Sequence record: OR896822.1
Direction: 5' to 3' (one strand)
From: Salmonella phage vB_SenS-3
Length of the DNA stretch: 64,000 nt
Each line of letters opens with the position of its first letter. The first letter of the stretch is position 1. Of this stretch, positions 55,543 through 63,785 are shown piece by piece. The translations under genes were made by a program, and so were the position numbers. The notes under the pieces are model-generated. The model saw nothing but the letters and a program-made list of their open reading frames with translations. It had not been told where the DNA came from and did not search any database.

Positions 55543-56688
55543 ATGACTACTTTACTAAACCTGAATTGGGATCATACTAACGCTGACCTTTTCCTGGGCG
55601 ATTCTCTTGGTATCGCAGATTACGTTCGTGTAGCACATCCTGAACTTGAGCGTCTAGCACTTCTGCAACGTTCTCAATTTTGGACTGAAACTGAAATCAG
55701 TCTGGAAGCTGATAAGAAACAATGGCCAAACCTCCCGCGTGATATCCAGGAAATTACTCTCCTGAACTTAGCATGGCAAACTCAAACAGATTCTTTCATT
55801 AGTCGTGCTCCTGAGGCAGCTATTATGCCACTTGTAAGCCGTCCTGAATTGGAAGGTATGCTCAAGCAGTGGAGCTACTTCGAAGATCTACATAGCCGTG
55901 CGTATAGTAACATTATTCGTAACGTTCTGACTGACCCAGCAGAATTTATTGATTCTGTAACTAAAAACCAAGAAGCATTTGCACGTATCGCAGATTCTGT
56001 TGAACTGTTTGATGAATTGTATCTGTTAGGTCAGTATTTCCTTGCAGTACGTGATCATCGTGGTGATAATACTTATCCAGAAACTGAGTTCCCTGAAGTT
56101 AAACGTGAAACTCAGGCTAAACTGTTAGACGCTTACTTTGCAATCTACGGTCTGGAAGCAATGCAGTTCTACGCATCCTTTGCATGTACCTTTGCTCTAG
56201 CAGAGAACGATATTCTGCAAGGTATTGCTAAGAACCTGCAATTAATCGCTAAAGATGAAGCTCTACATACTCAAATGTCTAAAGCTATCATCCAGATTAT
56301 GTTCCAGCAGTTTGATAAAGATCTGGTAGATGAAGCATTAGCTAAAGCACCAGCACAACTCCTAAAAACTCTGAAAACTGAGATTGAATGGGGCCACTTT
56401 ATCTTTAAAGGCCGCAGTCTGATTGGTTTGAACGCAGAATTGCTTGAAGAATACCTTTACTTTGTAGGACGTAACGCATTTATGCACATTGGTGTAGAAT
56501 GGCCAAGCCACTTACCTGTAATTACTAAGAACCCTATTCCGTGGATTATGAACTGGTTGGATACTACATCTTTACAACCTGCTCCACAAGAGATTCAGAT
56601 TGGTGCAGCGTACCGTGTAGGTCAAGTAACTGAAACCTCTGCTGATACTCTGAAAGATCTTGGCAACGAATTTGAGGATATGTTCTAA
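55543..56688 (+). CDS. nrdB: ribonucleoside-diphosphate reductase beta subunit
   Basis: 381 aa; di-iron ligand motifs (E..H pairs, e.g. DEALH) and size typical of NrdB; AGAGGAAA RBS. Confidence 0.85.
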   Translation: MTTLLNLNWDHTNADLFLGDSLGIADYVRVAHPELERLALLQRSQFWTETEISLEADKKQWPNLPRDIQEITLLNLAWQTQTDSFISRAPEAAIMPLVSRPELEGMLKQWSYFEDLHSRAYSNIIRNVLTDPAEFIDSVTKNQEAFARIADSVELFDELYLLGQYFLAVRDHRGDNTYPETEFPEVKRETQAKLLDAYFAIYGLEAMQFYASFACTFALAENDILQGIAKNLQLIAKDEALHTQMSKAIIQIMFQQFDKDLVDEALAKAPAQLLKTLKTEIEWGHFIFKGRSLIGLNAELLEEYLYFVGRNAFMHIGVEWPSHLPVITKNPIPWIMNWLDTTSLQPAPQEIQIGAAYRVGQVTETSADTLKDLGNEFEDMF

Positions 56689-57218
56689 TGATAGCAGCAA
56701 TCTATGCAACTGGGCCGAATGGGGAGTTCGGCCTCAATGGTAAGCTCCCCTGGGGTTCTTTCAAAGAAGAACTAGATATCTTCTATGCTACATTGGATTC
56801 TCTGGCACCTGACAATATTATTGTAGGAGCAGGAACTTGGTTAGCATTCCCTGAGACTCTGCAAAAAAGAATACTAGGAGATTCTGACCTATTTATTTAT
56901 GCAAATAGACCACTACCGAACTCTATAAGATCAGCTACACGCATAAGCAACATTGGATACCGTCTGCCTGATTTTCTCAAGGAAGAGGTAACTGTAGTAT
57001 TAGGGGGAGCAACTCTGCTTCTTGAAATGTATGTCAAAAATCATCTAGATATGGCGTATATCTCTACTGTTACTTCAGCCACACCATTATCTGCTGATGT
57101 ACATCTGCATCATCATATTACTTTAACTAATTCAATGGCAACTAGAATGGACTATGTGGCAGGACAGAATGCAGATAAAACGCTTTCATTCTTACAAGAA
57201 TTGGTGATATTTAAATGA
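56688..57218 (+). CDS. dihydrofolate reductase
   Basis: 176 aa; N-terminal [22 protein letters not shown] resembles DHFR N-terminus (MISLIAA...IGMENAMPW); start overlaps nrdB stop (TAATG); precedes thymidylate synthase. Confidence 0.7.
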   Translation: MIAAIYATGPNGEFGLNGKLPWGSFKEELDIFYATLDSLAPDNIIVGAGTWLAFPETLQKRILGDSDLFIYANRPLPNSIRSATRISNIGYRLPDFLKEEVTVVLGGATLLLEMYVKNHLDMAYISTVTSATPLSADVHLHHHITLTNSMATRMDYVAGQNADKTLSFLQELVIFK

Positions 57219-58069
57219 AGCAATATATTGAAACTGGAAAACGTATTCTTGAAGAGGGTGTATGGGTAACGAATCCTAGAACAGGGGTTCGTTGCCTAAC
57301 CATTATTGATGCAGACTTTACCTTTAACGTAGGAGCAGGAGAACTGCCGCTAGTAACTACTCGTAAAGCATTTGCTAAACAAGCAATAATGGAAATGATC
57401 GGATATCTACGTGGGTACGACTCAGCAGCACAATTCCGCGCTATTGGTGTTAATACATGGAATGCTAATGCAAATGAAAATATTGCCTGGCTAGGTAATC
57501 CATTCCGTAAAGGCGAGGATGATATGGGACGAGTCTATGGTGTTCAAGGACGTCATTGGACTAATTCTGATGGTATGGTATTTGATCAGTTAGCCAAAGT
57601 CTACCATAATTTGAAAAGAGGGATTGACGATCGTGGAGAAATTTTAACTTTTTGGAACCCTGGGGAATTTCGTAAAGGATGCCTACGTCCGTGTATGCAT
57701 ACCCATCAATTCTCTATTTTAGGTGATACACTATACCTAAACTCTTTCCAGAGGTCTAATGATTTCTTGCTGGGCCAAGTATTTAATATGGTGCAATGCT
57801 ATGCACTTCTAGCTATTATGGCACAGATTACAGGTCTTAAGCCAGGTATTGCTCGTCAAAAGATTATTAATCTTCATATCTATGAAGATCAGTATAATGT
57901 TCTGATGGAGCACAAGCAATTCGATCGTGAACCTTTTGCACCTCCTACTTTAGAAATCAATCCAAATATTAGAACTTTGGATGATGTATTAACGTGGGTA
58001 AGTAAGGATGATTTTACTGTTCGTGGCTATGAACACCATCCTGCTATTGCATATCCATTTACGGTGTAA
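57215..58069 (+). CDS. thyA: thymidylate synthase
   Basis: Motifs RPCMHTHQF (catalytic Cys) and [21 protein letters not shown] (RSxD...LG.PFN..SYALL). Confidence 0.8.
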   Translation: MKQYIETGKRILEEGVWVTNPRTGVRCLTIIDADFTFNVGAGELPLVTTRKAFAKQAIMEMIGYLRGYDSAAQFRAIGVNTWNANANENIAWLGNPFRKGEDDMGRVYGVQGRHWTNSDGMVFDQLAKVYHNLKRGIDDRGEILTFWNPGEFRKGCLRPCMHTHQFSILGDTLYLNSFQRSNDFLLGQVFNMVQCYALLAIMAQITGLKPGIARQKIINLHIYEDQYNVLMEHKQFDREPFAPPTLEINPNIRTLDDVLTWVSKDDFTVRGYEHHPAIAYPFTV

Positions 58070-58072
58070 CAT

Positions 58073-58426
58073 ATGTTAATTATACTATTATTTGTCATAT
58101 TCTTTCTAAAACATTTTATGGCCGATTATCCACTCCAAACACCATATATGCTAAGAAAGACGCATAAAATAGGGTGGAAACTTCCATTATTAACCCATTC
58201 GCTAGTACATGCTGGATTAACATTTGCAATTCTAATCCTATTCACATCACCAGGAATGTCTATAGCTTTAGCTATTATGGAATTAATTCTACACTTTATT
58301 ATAGATTATTGGAAAGCACAACGCTGTAAATACGCTATAAGCGATGCTAAGTTTTGGATAGCTTTAGGATTTGATCAGTTACTGCATTATCTGACATACG
58401 CCCTAATAATCTTGATTATAATCTAA
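58073..58426 (+). CDS. hydrophobic membrane protein
   Basis: 117 aa with at least three hydrophobic helices. Confidence 0.45.
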   Translation: MLIILLFVIFFLKHFMADYPLQTPYMLRKTHKIGWKLPLLTHSLVHAGLTFAILILFTSPGMSIALAIMELILHFIIDYWKAQRCKYAISDAKFWIALGFDQLLHYLTYALIILIII

Positions 58427-58431
58427 TTCAA

Positions 58432-58456
58432 ATAGCCCTTCGGGGCTATTATATTT
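58432..58456 (+). terminator. rho-independent terminator
   Basis: Hairpin ATAGCCC-TTCG-GGGCTAT followed by TATATTT. Confidence 0.6.
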
Positions 58457-58465
58457 AAATTTCAT

Positions 58466-58494
58466 TTGCTTACTGAGTGAAATTCAAATATAAT
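58466..58494 (+). promoter_or_regulatory. T5 early-type promoter
   Basis: TTGCTT-17-TATAAT. Confidence 0.6.
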
Positions 58495-58524
58495 ATACTT
58501 CTAATTTGACAGAAGGATTTAATA

Positions 58525-59103
58525 ATGACAGCCATAGTAGCATTTAAATATAAAGATAAAGTATACTTAGCTGGTGATCGTATGGGTTCTAATGGCTATA
58601 CGAAACTGCTGGTTAAAAATCCGAAAGTATTCAAAATCTCTGATGATTTGTACTTCGGATACACTAGTTCCTTCTACATGGGACAATTACTAGAGCATAG
58701 CTTTACTGTACCACCACGTTTAGCAGATATTTCCGATGATAAATATTTATATACGGAAATAGTACCTAAATTACGTGATATGTTTAACCAGAAAGATTTT
58801 GGCGAAAAGAAAAATGAAAAATATGCTGAACCTAATCTGGGACAATTTATTATGCTCTACAAAGGAAGAATCTTTATTTTCCAATCTAATGCTTCTATTC
58901 TAGAAGTTGAATATGCCGGTGTAGGCTGTGGAGGAGAAGATGTACTTTCCAGTATTCGTACAGGTTTAGCTATTGCGGATTGTCGAGCCACAGATTTAGA
59001 TGTAGATGATATATTTGAAATCATTGATCTGGCTTTTACGCATTGTGCAGATTATATGTGTGGTGTATCTTCCCAACATGATGTTTTAGTAATTGGAGAA
59101 TAA
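58525..59103 (+). CDS. HslV/proteasome-beta-like Ntn-hydrolase family protein
   Basis: 192 aa; N-terminus MTAIVAFKYKDKVYLAGD (Thr at position 2, cf. HslV MTTIVSV...AGD); GVGCGGEDV resembles HslV GSGG motif; from memory. Confidence 0.5.
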   Translation: MTAIVAFKYKDKVYLAGDRMGSNGYTKLLVKNPKVFKISDDLYFGYTSSFYMGQLLEHSFTVPPRLADISDDKYLYTEIVPKLRDMFNQKDFGEKKNEKYAEPNLGQFIMLYKGRIFIFQSNASILEVEYAGVGCGGEDVLSSIRTGLAIADCRATDLDVDDIFEIIDLAFTHCADYMCGVSSQHDVLVIGE

Positions 59104-59105
59104 AT

Positions 59106-59375
59106 ATGTCTATTCTTTTATCTGCTTTAGAAGCAAAACAAAATACTATTGCTAGCATTAAAAAGGAAGTAATTGACCTAGAATCACTTATTGCCGTAGA
59201 GATTGACAAAGCTATTAAAGATAAAGAATTTAACTGTCACATCCAGGGATTAACTGAATACTCAGAAAACGCTAGAAATAGCGTCATGCAAAAACTTAGC
59301 AAACTAGGTTATGTTGTAGAAGCTAAGTATGAACAGCGTGAAGGTTTTTGGCTTGAAATTGATTGGAGCAAATAA
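59106..59375 (+). CDS. hypothetical protein
   Basis: 89-aa ORF, stop overlaps RNase H start (TAATG). Confidence 0.4.
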   Translation: MSILLSALEAKQNTIASIKKEVIDLESLIAVEIDKAIKDKEFNCHIQGLTEYSENARNSVMQKLSKLGYVVEAKYEQREGFWLEIDWSK

Positions 59376-59851
59376 TGTCGGTTTTCCACATATATACAGA
59401 TGGTGCATGTAAGGGCAATCCTGGTTTAGGTGCGTGGGGATTCGTTGTCTATAATGATAATGATGATCGTATTGGCTCTAAATCTGGCTTCAGCCATAAA
59501 ACTACTAATAACGAAATGGAACTTACTGCAATTGTTGAAGTTCTTCGTTGGTCTACTAAGAAAGATAATCGTCCAGTAATTATCTACACTGATTCTGCTT
59601 ACTGCAAAAATGGTATGGAAAGCTGGATGTGGTCTTGGCAGAAGAAAGGATGGAAGAAAGGAGATGGTGAAACTCCTCTTAATCTAGAACTCTGGCAAGA
59701 AGCGTTTAAACTAACTCAACAGTATATTAATTTCCATGATACTAACCCAACCTTTGTTAAGGTTAAAGGTCACTCAGGTATTCGTGGTAATGAAGAAGTT
59801 GATGCTCTATGCAATACTGTAATTACTGAGCAAGAACTTGCTGAGATGTAA
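59375..59851 (+). CDS. rnhA: ribonuclease H (RNase HI)
   Basis: N-terminal IYTDGACKGNPG; TDS, and GHSG..GNEEVD motifs of RNase HI; ATG at 59375 with GGAG RBS (ORF track TTG 59363). Confidence 0.8.
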   Translation: MSVFHIYTDGACKGNPGLGAWGFVVYNDNDDRIGSKSGFSHKTTNNEMELTAIVEVLRWSTKKDNRPVIIYTDSAYCKNGMESWMWSWQKKGWKKGDGETPLNLELWQEAFKLTQQYINFHDTNPTFVKVKGHSGIRGNEEVDALCNTVITEQELAEM

Positions 59852-59871
59852 TAAATAAATTAAAAATTCAC

Positions 59872-59900
59872 TTGCTTAAAGCCCTCGAATTTATTATAAT
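59872..59900 (+). promoter_or_regulatory. T5 early-type promoter
   Basis: TTGCTT-17-TATAAT; a 9-bp inverted repeat (AAAGCCCTC at 59878-59886 / GAGGGCTTT at 59917-59925) spans the promoter and the downstream RBS. Confidence 0.6.
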
Positions 59901-59927
59901 ATTCGTATTGAAAGTGAGGAGGGCTTT

Positions 59928-60206
59928 ATGCGAATTTACAACTCAAATTCATTAGGATTTAAACCTTTGAGAAAACGCGCACAATCTCCGCGTCAGATCA
60001 GAAAGGCAAATATTGGTGAGCCAGAAACTAGGCTTCCACCACCTCCGGAGCAACGTCTAGTTTACTTAGACGAAGAATTAGCCGAAAGGGAACGTAAAGC
60101 TCAAGAAGAAATTGAGCGTAAGAAACTGTGTACTGCTCCTGCATATAATAAGGGTGGTTATCAGTACGTTTCCAGTGAGGAACAAGCTAAGATGATCGGC
60201 AGATAA
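59928..60206 (+). CDS. hypothetical protein
   Basis: 92-aa ORF with GAGGAG RBS. Confidence 0.4.
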   Translation: MRIYNSNSLGFKPLRKRAQSPRQIRKANIGEPETRLPPPPEQRLVYLDEELAERERKAQEEIERKKLCTAPAYNKGGYQYVSSEEQAKMIGR

Positions 60207-60222
60207 TTTTTAAAAAATTCAT

Positions 60223-60251
60223 TTGCTAAACGCTTCAAAATTTCGTATAAT
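60223..60251 (+). promoter_or_regulatory. T5 early-type promoter
   Basis: TTGCTA-17-TATAAT followed by ATATCTCATAAATTGATCAAC. Confidence 0.65.
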
Positions 60252-60289
60252 ATATCTCATAAATTGATCAACAAAAAGGAAAACAAATA

Positions 60290-60805
60290 ATGGCTAAGCA
60301 GAAAAACGCAAAAACTCAGGCAGCTCCGGCAGTTAAAACTTTCGCTCAGACCGAAGCCAATCGTAAGGCTCGTCTGGAACGTCATCTGCGTAAGCATCCT
60401 ACTGATGCTCAGGCTCAGACTGCCCTGAAGTCTGCGGCTCCGGTTCGCCAGAAGCCGAAGGCCAAGAACTCTACTCGCGCAACTGCTAAGCAGGTTGTGT
60501 TCATCAAGGGTGAAGGTCATAAGTCTGTACCGGTAACTCTGAGCTTTAACGGTGGTGCTGAGATGTTCGCCCGCAACGGTATGGCTCTGAAAGACTACGA
60601 AAAAGCAGTCAATCAGAAGCGTAAGCCAATGGCTGACGTAATGCGTGAATCGCGTGGACAGTTTGGCTCCGTTAAACCGAATATCTTCGGTGTAGAGTAC
60701 AGCCGTGACAACGTTCGCGCTCTGTGCTACGGTATCGGTATTAAGTTTACTGGTGCTTCTGATCGTAAATCCGCTAAACCTACTCGTAAGCGTAAAGCGA
60801 AGTAA
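60290..60805 (+). CDS. basic Lys/Arg/Ala-rich protein, possibly abundant nucleic-acid-binding protein
   Basis: 171 aa; strongly optimised codon usage; own promoter and downstream hairpin; function inferred only from composition. Confidence 0.5.
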   Translation: MAKQKNAKTQAAPAVKTFAQTEANRKARLERHLRKHPTDAQAQTALKSAAPVRQKPKAKNSTRATAKQVVFIKGEGHKSVPVTLSFNGGAEMFARNGMALKDYEKAVNQKRKPMADVMRESRGQFGSVKPNIFGVEYSRDNVRALCYGIGIKFTGASDRKSAKPTRKRKAK

Positions 60806-60813
60806 TGATTGAT

Positions 60814-60827
60814 GGGGCGAAAGCCCC
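60814..60827 (+). terminator. GNRA-tetraloop hairpin (GGGGC-GAAA-GCCCC), weak terminator or RNA-stability element
   Basis: Perfect 5-bp GC stem with GAAA loop; downstream U-tract is poor. Confidence 0.4.
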
Positions 60828-60866
60828 ATATACTAACTCTTTCTCTGACTAATCAAGGATATTTTT

Positions 60867-61082
60867 ATGTTCTCTAAGAAACCACGTTCCGTTACTGAAA
60901 TCGTTGCTTCCTTTACCACTATTACTGATGAACTTCAAGCTCGTATTGAAGCTGACCAGAAAACTGCTGCTGATATTCAGAAACAGCAGGAAGAACTCGC
61001 TCTGAAACTGGCTGAAACCAATAAGAGTGAAAAATCTGCTCAAACTATTAAGGAAAATATCCTTAAACTGCTGGGCAAGTAA
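60867..61082 (+). CDS. hypothetical protein
   Basis: 71-aa ORF, coiled-coil-like. Confidence 0.4.
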   Translation: MFSKKPRSVTEIVASFTTITDELQARIEADQKTAADIQKQQEELALKLAETNKSEKSAQTIKENILKLLGK

Positions 61083-61091
61083 TTTAAATCA

Positions 61092-61112
61092 GGGGGCGAA
61101 AGCCCCTCTTAT
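61092..61112 (+). terminator. hairpin GGGGGC-GAAA-GCCCCT plus U-rich tail
   Basis: Same GGGGCGAAAGCCCC core as at 60814; followed by CTTATTT. Confidence 0.45.
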
Positions 61113-61123
61113 TTGGAGAAACT

Positions 61124-61336
61124 ATGCGTAACTTCGTTGCAAAGAATGATTTTAACCGTGCTAGCACTCACAAGTCTGCTAGAGACTACACTCGTCTTTC
61201 TAAACATGAGCTTCTAGAAGAAATCATGGAAGAAAACTGGGATGTTAGTGAAAATGGAACAGACCTGTTTGAAGAAGAGGAACTTCCTCTGAAAGACCCC
61301 AAACAGTGGGAGTCTATTAAAGAGACAGCTCTTTAA
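61124..61336 (+). CDS. hypothetical protein
   Basis: 70-aa ORF. Confidence 0.4.
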   Translation: MRNFVAKNDFNRASTHKSARDYTRLSKHELLEEIMEENWDVSENGTDLFEEEELPLKDPKQWESIKETAL

Positions 61337-61366
61337 TAGTTTTCTACAACAATAAAGGACATAATT

Positions 61367-62068
61367 ATGAAATTCAAGCCCTTTGGTATGCTGGACATTG
61401 AATCTCTAGGTACTCCAGGAAATTGCGGTACTACTCATATTGCAATGCCTTCTTTCGCTTTTGTAGCGATGCACGGAATTGATAAAGATCCTGATCTGGT
61501 ATTCGTTACTCTAGACGTTCAAGATCAGCTTAATGCGGGTGCTAAGGTAACTGCCTCTACTATTGCATTCTGGATGGATCAAGCTAAAAACAGTCCATCT
61601 GCGCTCCATATTATGGAGGCTCTAAATGGTCGTAATCCTAAACTGATTGCCTTCCGTGATGGTAAGCATCACTGCACTAATGACGTAGGCTCTAATTATG
61701 CTGCCTTCTCTATGGCTCAGAACATTATGGAATTGTCTCTAGGAGATAATGCTCTGTATTATGGCAATGGCCCAGAGTTTGATATGACAATCTACTCTGC
61801 AAATACGTTCCATGCCGGAACCCATGAAGAAATAGTTCCGTGGAAATTCTGGAACTTAGGTAACGTTCGATCTTTCCGTAATCAGTGGATGCAAGCTGGT
61901 TATAGCTATAAAGATCTAGAAGCCGAAGGTGCTAGCTGGGCAAAAGCTAAAATGGAAAAGATGGACACCATTCGTTATGGAATCTATCCTGTGAAGCATG
62001 ATCCAGCATTCGATGCTTTAGTTGAAAGTTATTGTGTAGCCGTCATGATCGAAAAAATCAAAATTTGA
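61367..62068 (+). CDS. putative DEDDh-type 3'-5' exonuclease-like protein
   Basis: N-terminal MLDIESLGT (Exo I DxE motif) and C-terminal KHDPAFDALVESY (Exo III H-x4-D motif); middle motif less clear. Confidence 0.45.
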   Translation: MKFKPFGMLDIESLGTPGNCGTTHIAMPSFAFVAMHGIDKDPDLVFVTLDVQDQLNAGAKVTASTIAFWMDQAKNSPSALHIMEALNGRNPKLIAFRDGKHHCTNDVGSNYAAFSMAQNIMELSLGDNALYYGNGPEFDMTIYSANTFHAGTHEEIVPWKFWNLGNVRSFRNQWMQAGYSYKDLEAEGASWAKAKMEKMDTIRYGIYPVKHDPAFDALVESYCVAVMIEKIKI

Positions 62069-62069
62069 T

Positions 62070-62098
62070 TTGCTTTCAGCTCCAAAATTCTGTATAAT
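62070..62098 (+). promoter_or_regulatory. T5 PN25-like early promoter
   Basis: TTGCTTTCAGCTCCAAAATTCTGTATAAT followed by ATATTCATAAATTTGAGAGAAC. Confidence 0.65.
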
Positions 62099-62138
62099 AT
62101 ATTCATAAATTTGAGAGAACAACAAAAGGAAAATAATT

Positions 62139-62321
62139 ATGCCAGTATCTAAAAACGTCCGTAAAAATGGTAAAGTAGCAAAACGTAACCTGGGTCTGCG
62201 TCGTATGGCTGAGCGTCAGTCCGGCATCCAGAAAATCTTTAATGTGCTGAATCGCGCCAACCCGAATATTGATAACAGTTCTGATACTGTTCTGCGCACT
62301 CTGCTGGCAATCGGTCTGTAA
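62139..62321 (+). CDS. hypothetical protein
   Basis: 60-aa basic ORF with optimised codons, first gene after promoter. Confidence 0.35.
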   Translation: MPVSKNVRKNGKVAKRNLGLRRMAERQSGIQKIFNVLNRANPNIDNSSDTVLRTLLAIGL

Positions 62322-62374
62322 TAGACCATTTTTAAAACAAATTCAAATCTCAAACTTCATATAAGGAAGAAATA

Positions 62375-63013
62375 ATGACTACTCGTATCTCTAAAACTCG
62401 TGCTCTGGCAACTATCAAGTCTCTAGAAGCTAAAATCCGTAAAGCTACTGAACAACAGCTTTTGATTGCTGTTGGTGAAGGTAAGGATAAGAACCAAGTT
62501 GTAGTTGGCGCTGCAATCGAAGTAGATGCTCTGTCTACTCGTATTAAGACTGATTTCCAGTCTCTGTTGGATATGATGTCCCAGCGTGATCATCTGAAAG
62601 CAGCGCTGATCAAGAGCAATGCTGAAACTGTTGTAGAGATCGGTTCCCGATCTATGACTGTTGCGGAAGCAATCGAAGCTAAGCGTTCTATGGAACTCAA
62701 AGCTCAGTTGCTGGCTAACATGCGTAAGCAGTTCCATGCTGCTACTGTTAAGTTTAACACTCAGAAGGCTCAGTTTGATAACAAGTATGAGCGTTTGCAG
62801 GATACCATGGCTACCCGCGACAAGAAGACTTCTGAGGATGAAGTTAAGATGCAGCTTAACCTGCTGGAACTCAAGAACACTCCGTTCCTGATCGATCCGC
62901 TGGAGCTGGAAAAGCTGATCAAGCAACACGACGAAGAATACCAGGATTTTGCAACCAACGTTGACTTTGTTATGTCTGAGTCCAACGCCTCTACTTTTAT
63001 CGAAGTAGAGTAA
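62375..63013 (+). CDS. hypothetical protein
   Basis: 212-aa ORF, optimised codon usage, AAGGAAGA RBS. Confidence 0.45.
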   Translation: MTTRISKTRALATIKSLEAKIRKATEQQLLIAVGEGKDKNQVVVGAAIEVDALSTRIKTDFQSLLDMMSQRDHLKAALIKSNAETVVEIGSRSMTVAEAIEAKRSMELKAQLLANMRKQFHAATVKFNTQKAQFDNKYERLQDTMATRDKKTSEDEVKMQLNLLELKNTPFLIDPLELEKLIKQHDEEYQDFATNVDFVMSESNASTFIEVE

Positions 63014-63403
63014 TGATTTAAAAGACTAGTAAATCGGTAGACGAAAGCCCAAGCATCTTACCTCGCAGCAGCGGTTGAAATACGAGGTTAAATAAGACCG
63101 CTGACCATACTATAAAGTATAATCTATTGGAGATTATCTTAATTTATTTTTCGGCAGATGTTGCATCTGTCAAAATAAAACAAGACGTCGTTGGTAGTAC
63201 CAACACAACTTCAAAGATCAACGCTCAAGTATGAAAGCTGAAAAGTTAAAAGCACTCAAACTTCTAACCTTCTAAAGCTAAAAGATGCAAAGTATTCGTT
63301 GATGATTCAAACCCTAGATCAAAGGTACATGGCTCATAAGATATGGCCTGTGGCGCCTCTAGGCTATTTATCGGTTTACTAGTTTCACAATTTAAAAATG
63401 TAT

Positions 63404-63432
63404 TTGCTAATTAGTTTAGTTTTCTGTATAAT
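63404..63432 (+). promoter_or_regulatory. T5 early-type promoter
   Basis: TTGCTA-17-TATAAT followed by ATATTTTTAAATTGATGAGACGAGG. Confidence 0.65.
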
Positions 63433-63462
63433 ATATTTTTAAATTGATGAGACGAGGCTATT

Positions 63463-63780
63463 ATGATTTTTCATATTCTTATTGATGATGTGCGTAACCT
63501 TCATGGAATGGACATTATAATTCGAACCCCCGAAGCCGCTGTTGAGTTTCTGAATAAAACCGATACCACAGGTCATTTCGTTTATATGGATAACGATCTG
63601 GCTGTAGATGATATGGAAGGTTATCAAATTCTTCGTTTACTCCTAGAATTTGGTCAGAGACCCAAGAAAGTGGTACTAGTAACCTCGAACCCAGTAGCTA
63701 AAGAGACCATGCGTAATGATCTCTTAGACGAAGGGTATCAAGAAAGCCCTAATCGTATTGAGTACGATTGGCCGGAGTAA
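63463..63780 (+). CDS. hypothetical protein
   Basis: 105-aa ORF with GAGG RBS; spacing of acidic and Ser/Thr residues is faintly receiver-domain-like, not supported. Confidence 0.4.
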   Translation: MIFHILIDDVRNLHGMDIIIRTPEAAVEFLNKTDTTGHFVYMDNDLAVDDMEGYQILRLLLEFGQRPKKVVLVTSNPVAKETMRNDLLDEGYQESPNRIEYDWPE

Positions 63781-63785
63781 ATAAA

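Noticed and set aside
60257-60829. 190-aa minus-strand ORF opposite 60290..60805
   Set aside because: The plus-strand gene has its own T5-type promoter, RBS and downstream hairpin; the minus-strand ORF has none
62423-62985. Minus-strand ORFs (168 aa, 71 aa) opposite 62375..63013
   Set aside because: Antisense to a codon-optimised plus-strand gene with RBS; low-complexity translations
63048-63100. Interleaved complementary segments (ACCTCG/CGAGGT and CAGCGGT/ACCGCTG) suggesting an H-type pseudoknot in the 450-nt intergenic region
   Set aside because: 6-7 bp complementarities of this kind are expected by chance in a region this size; no conservation data
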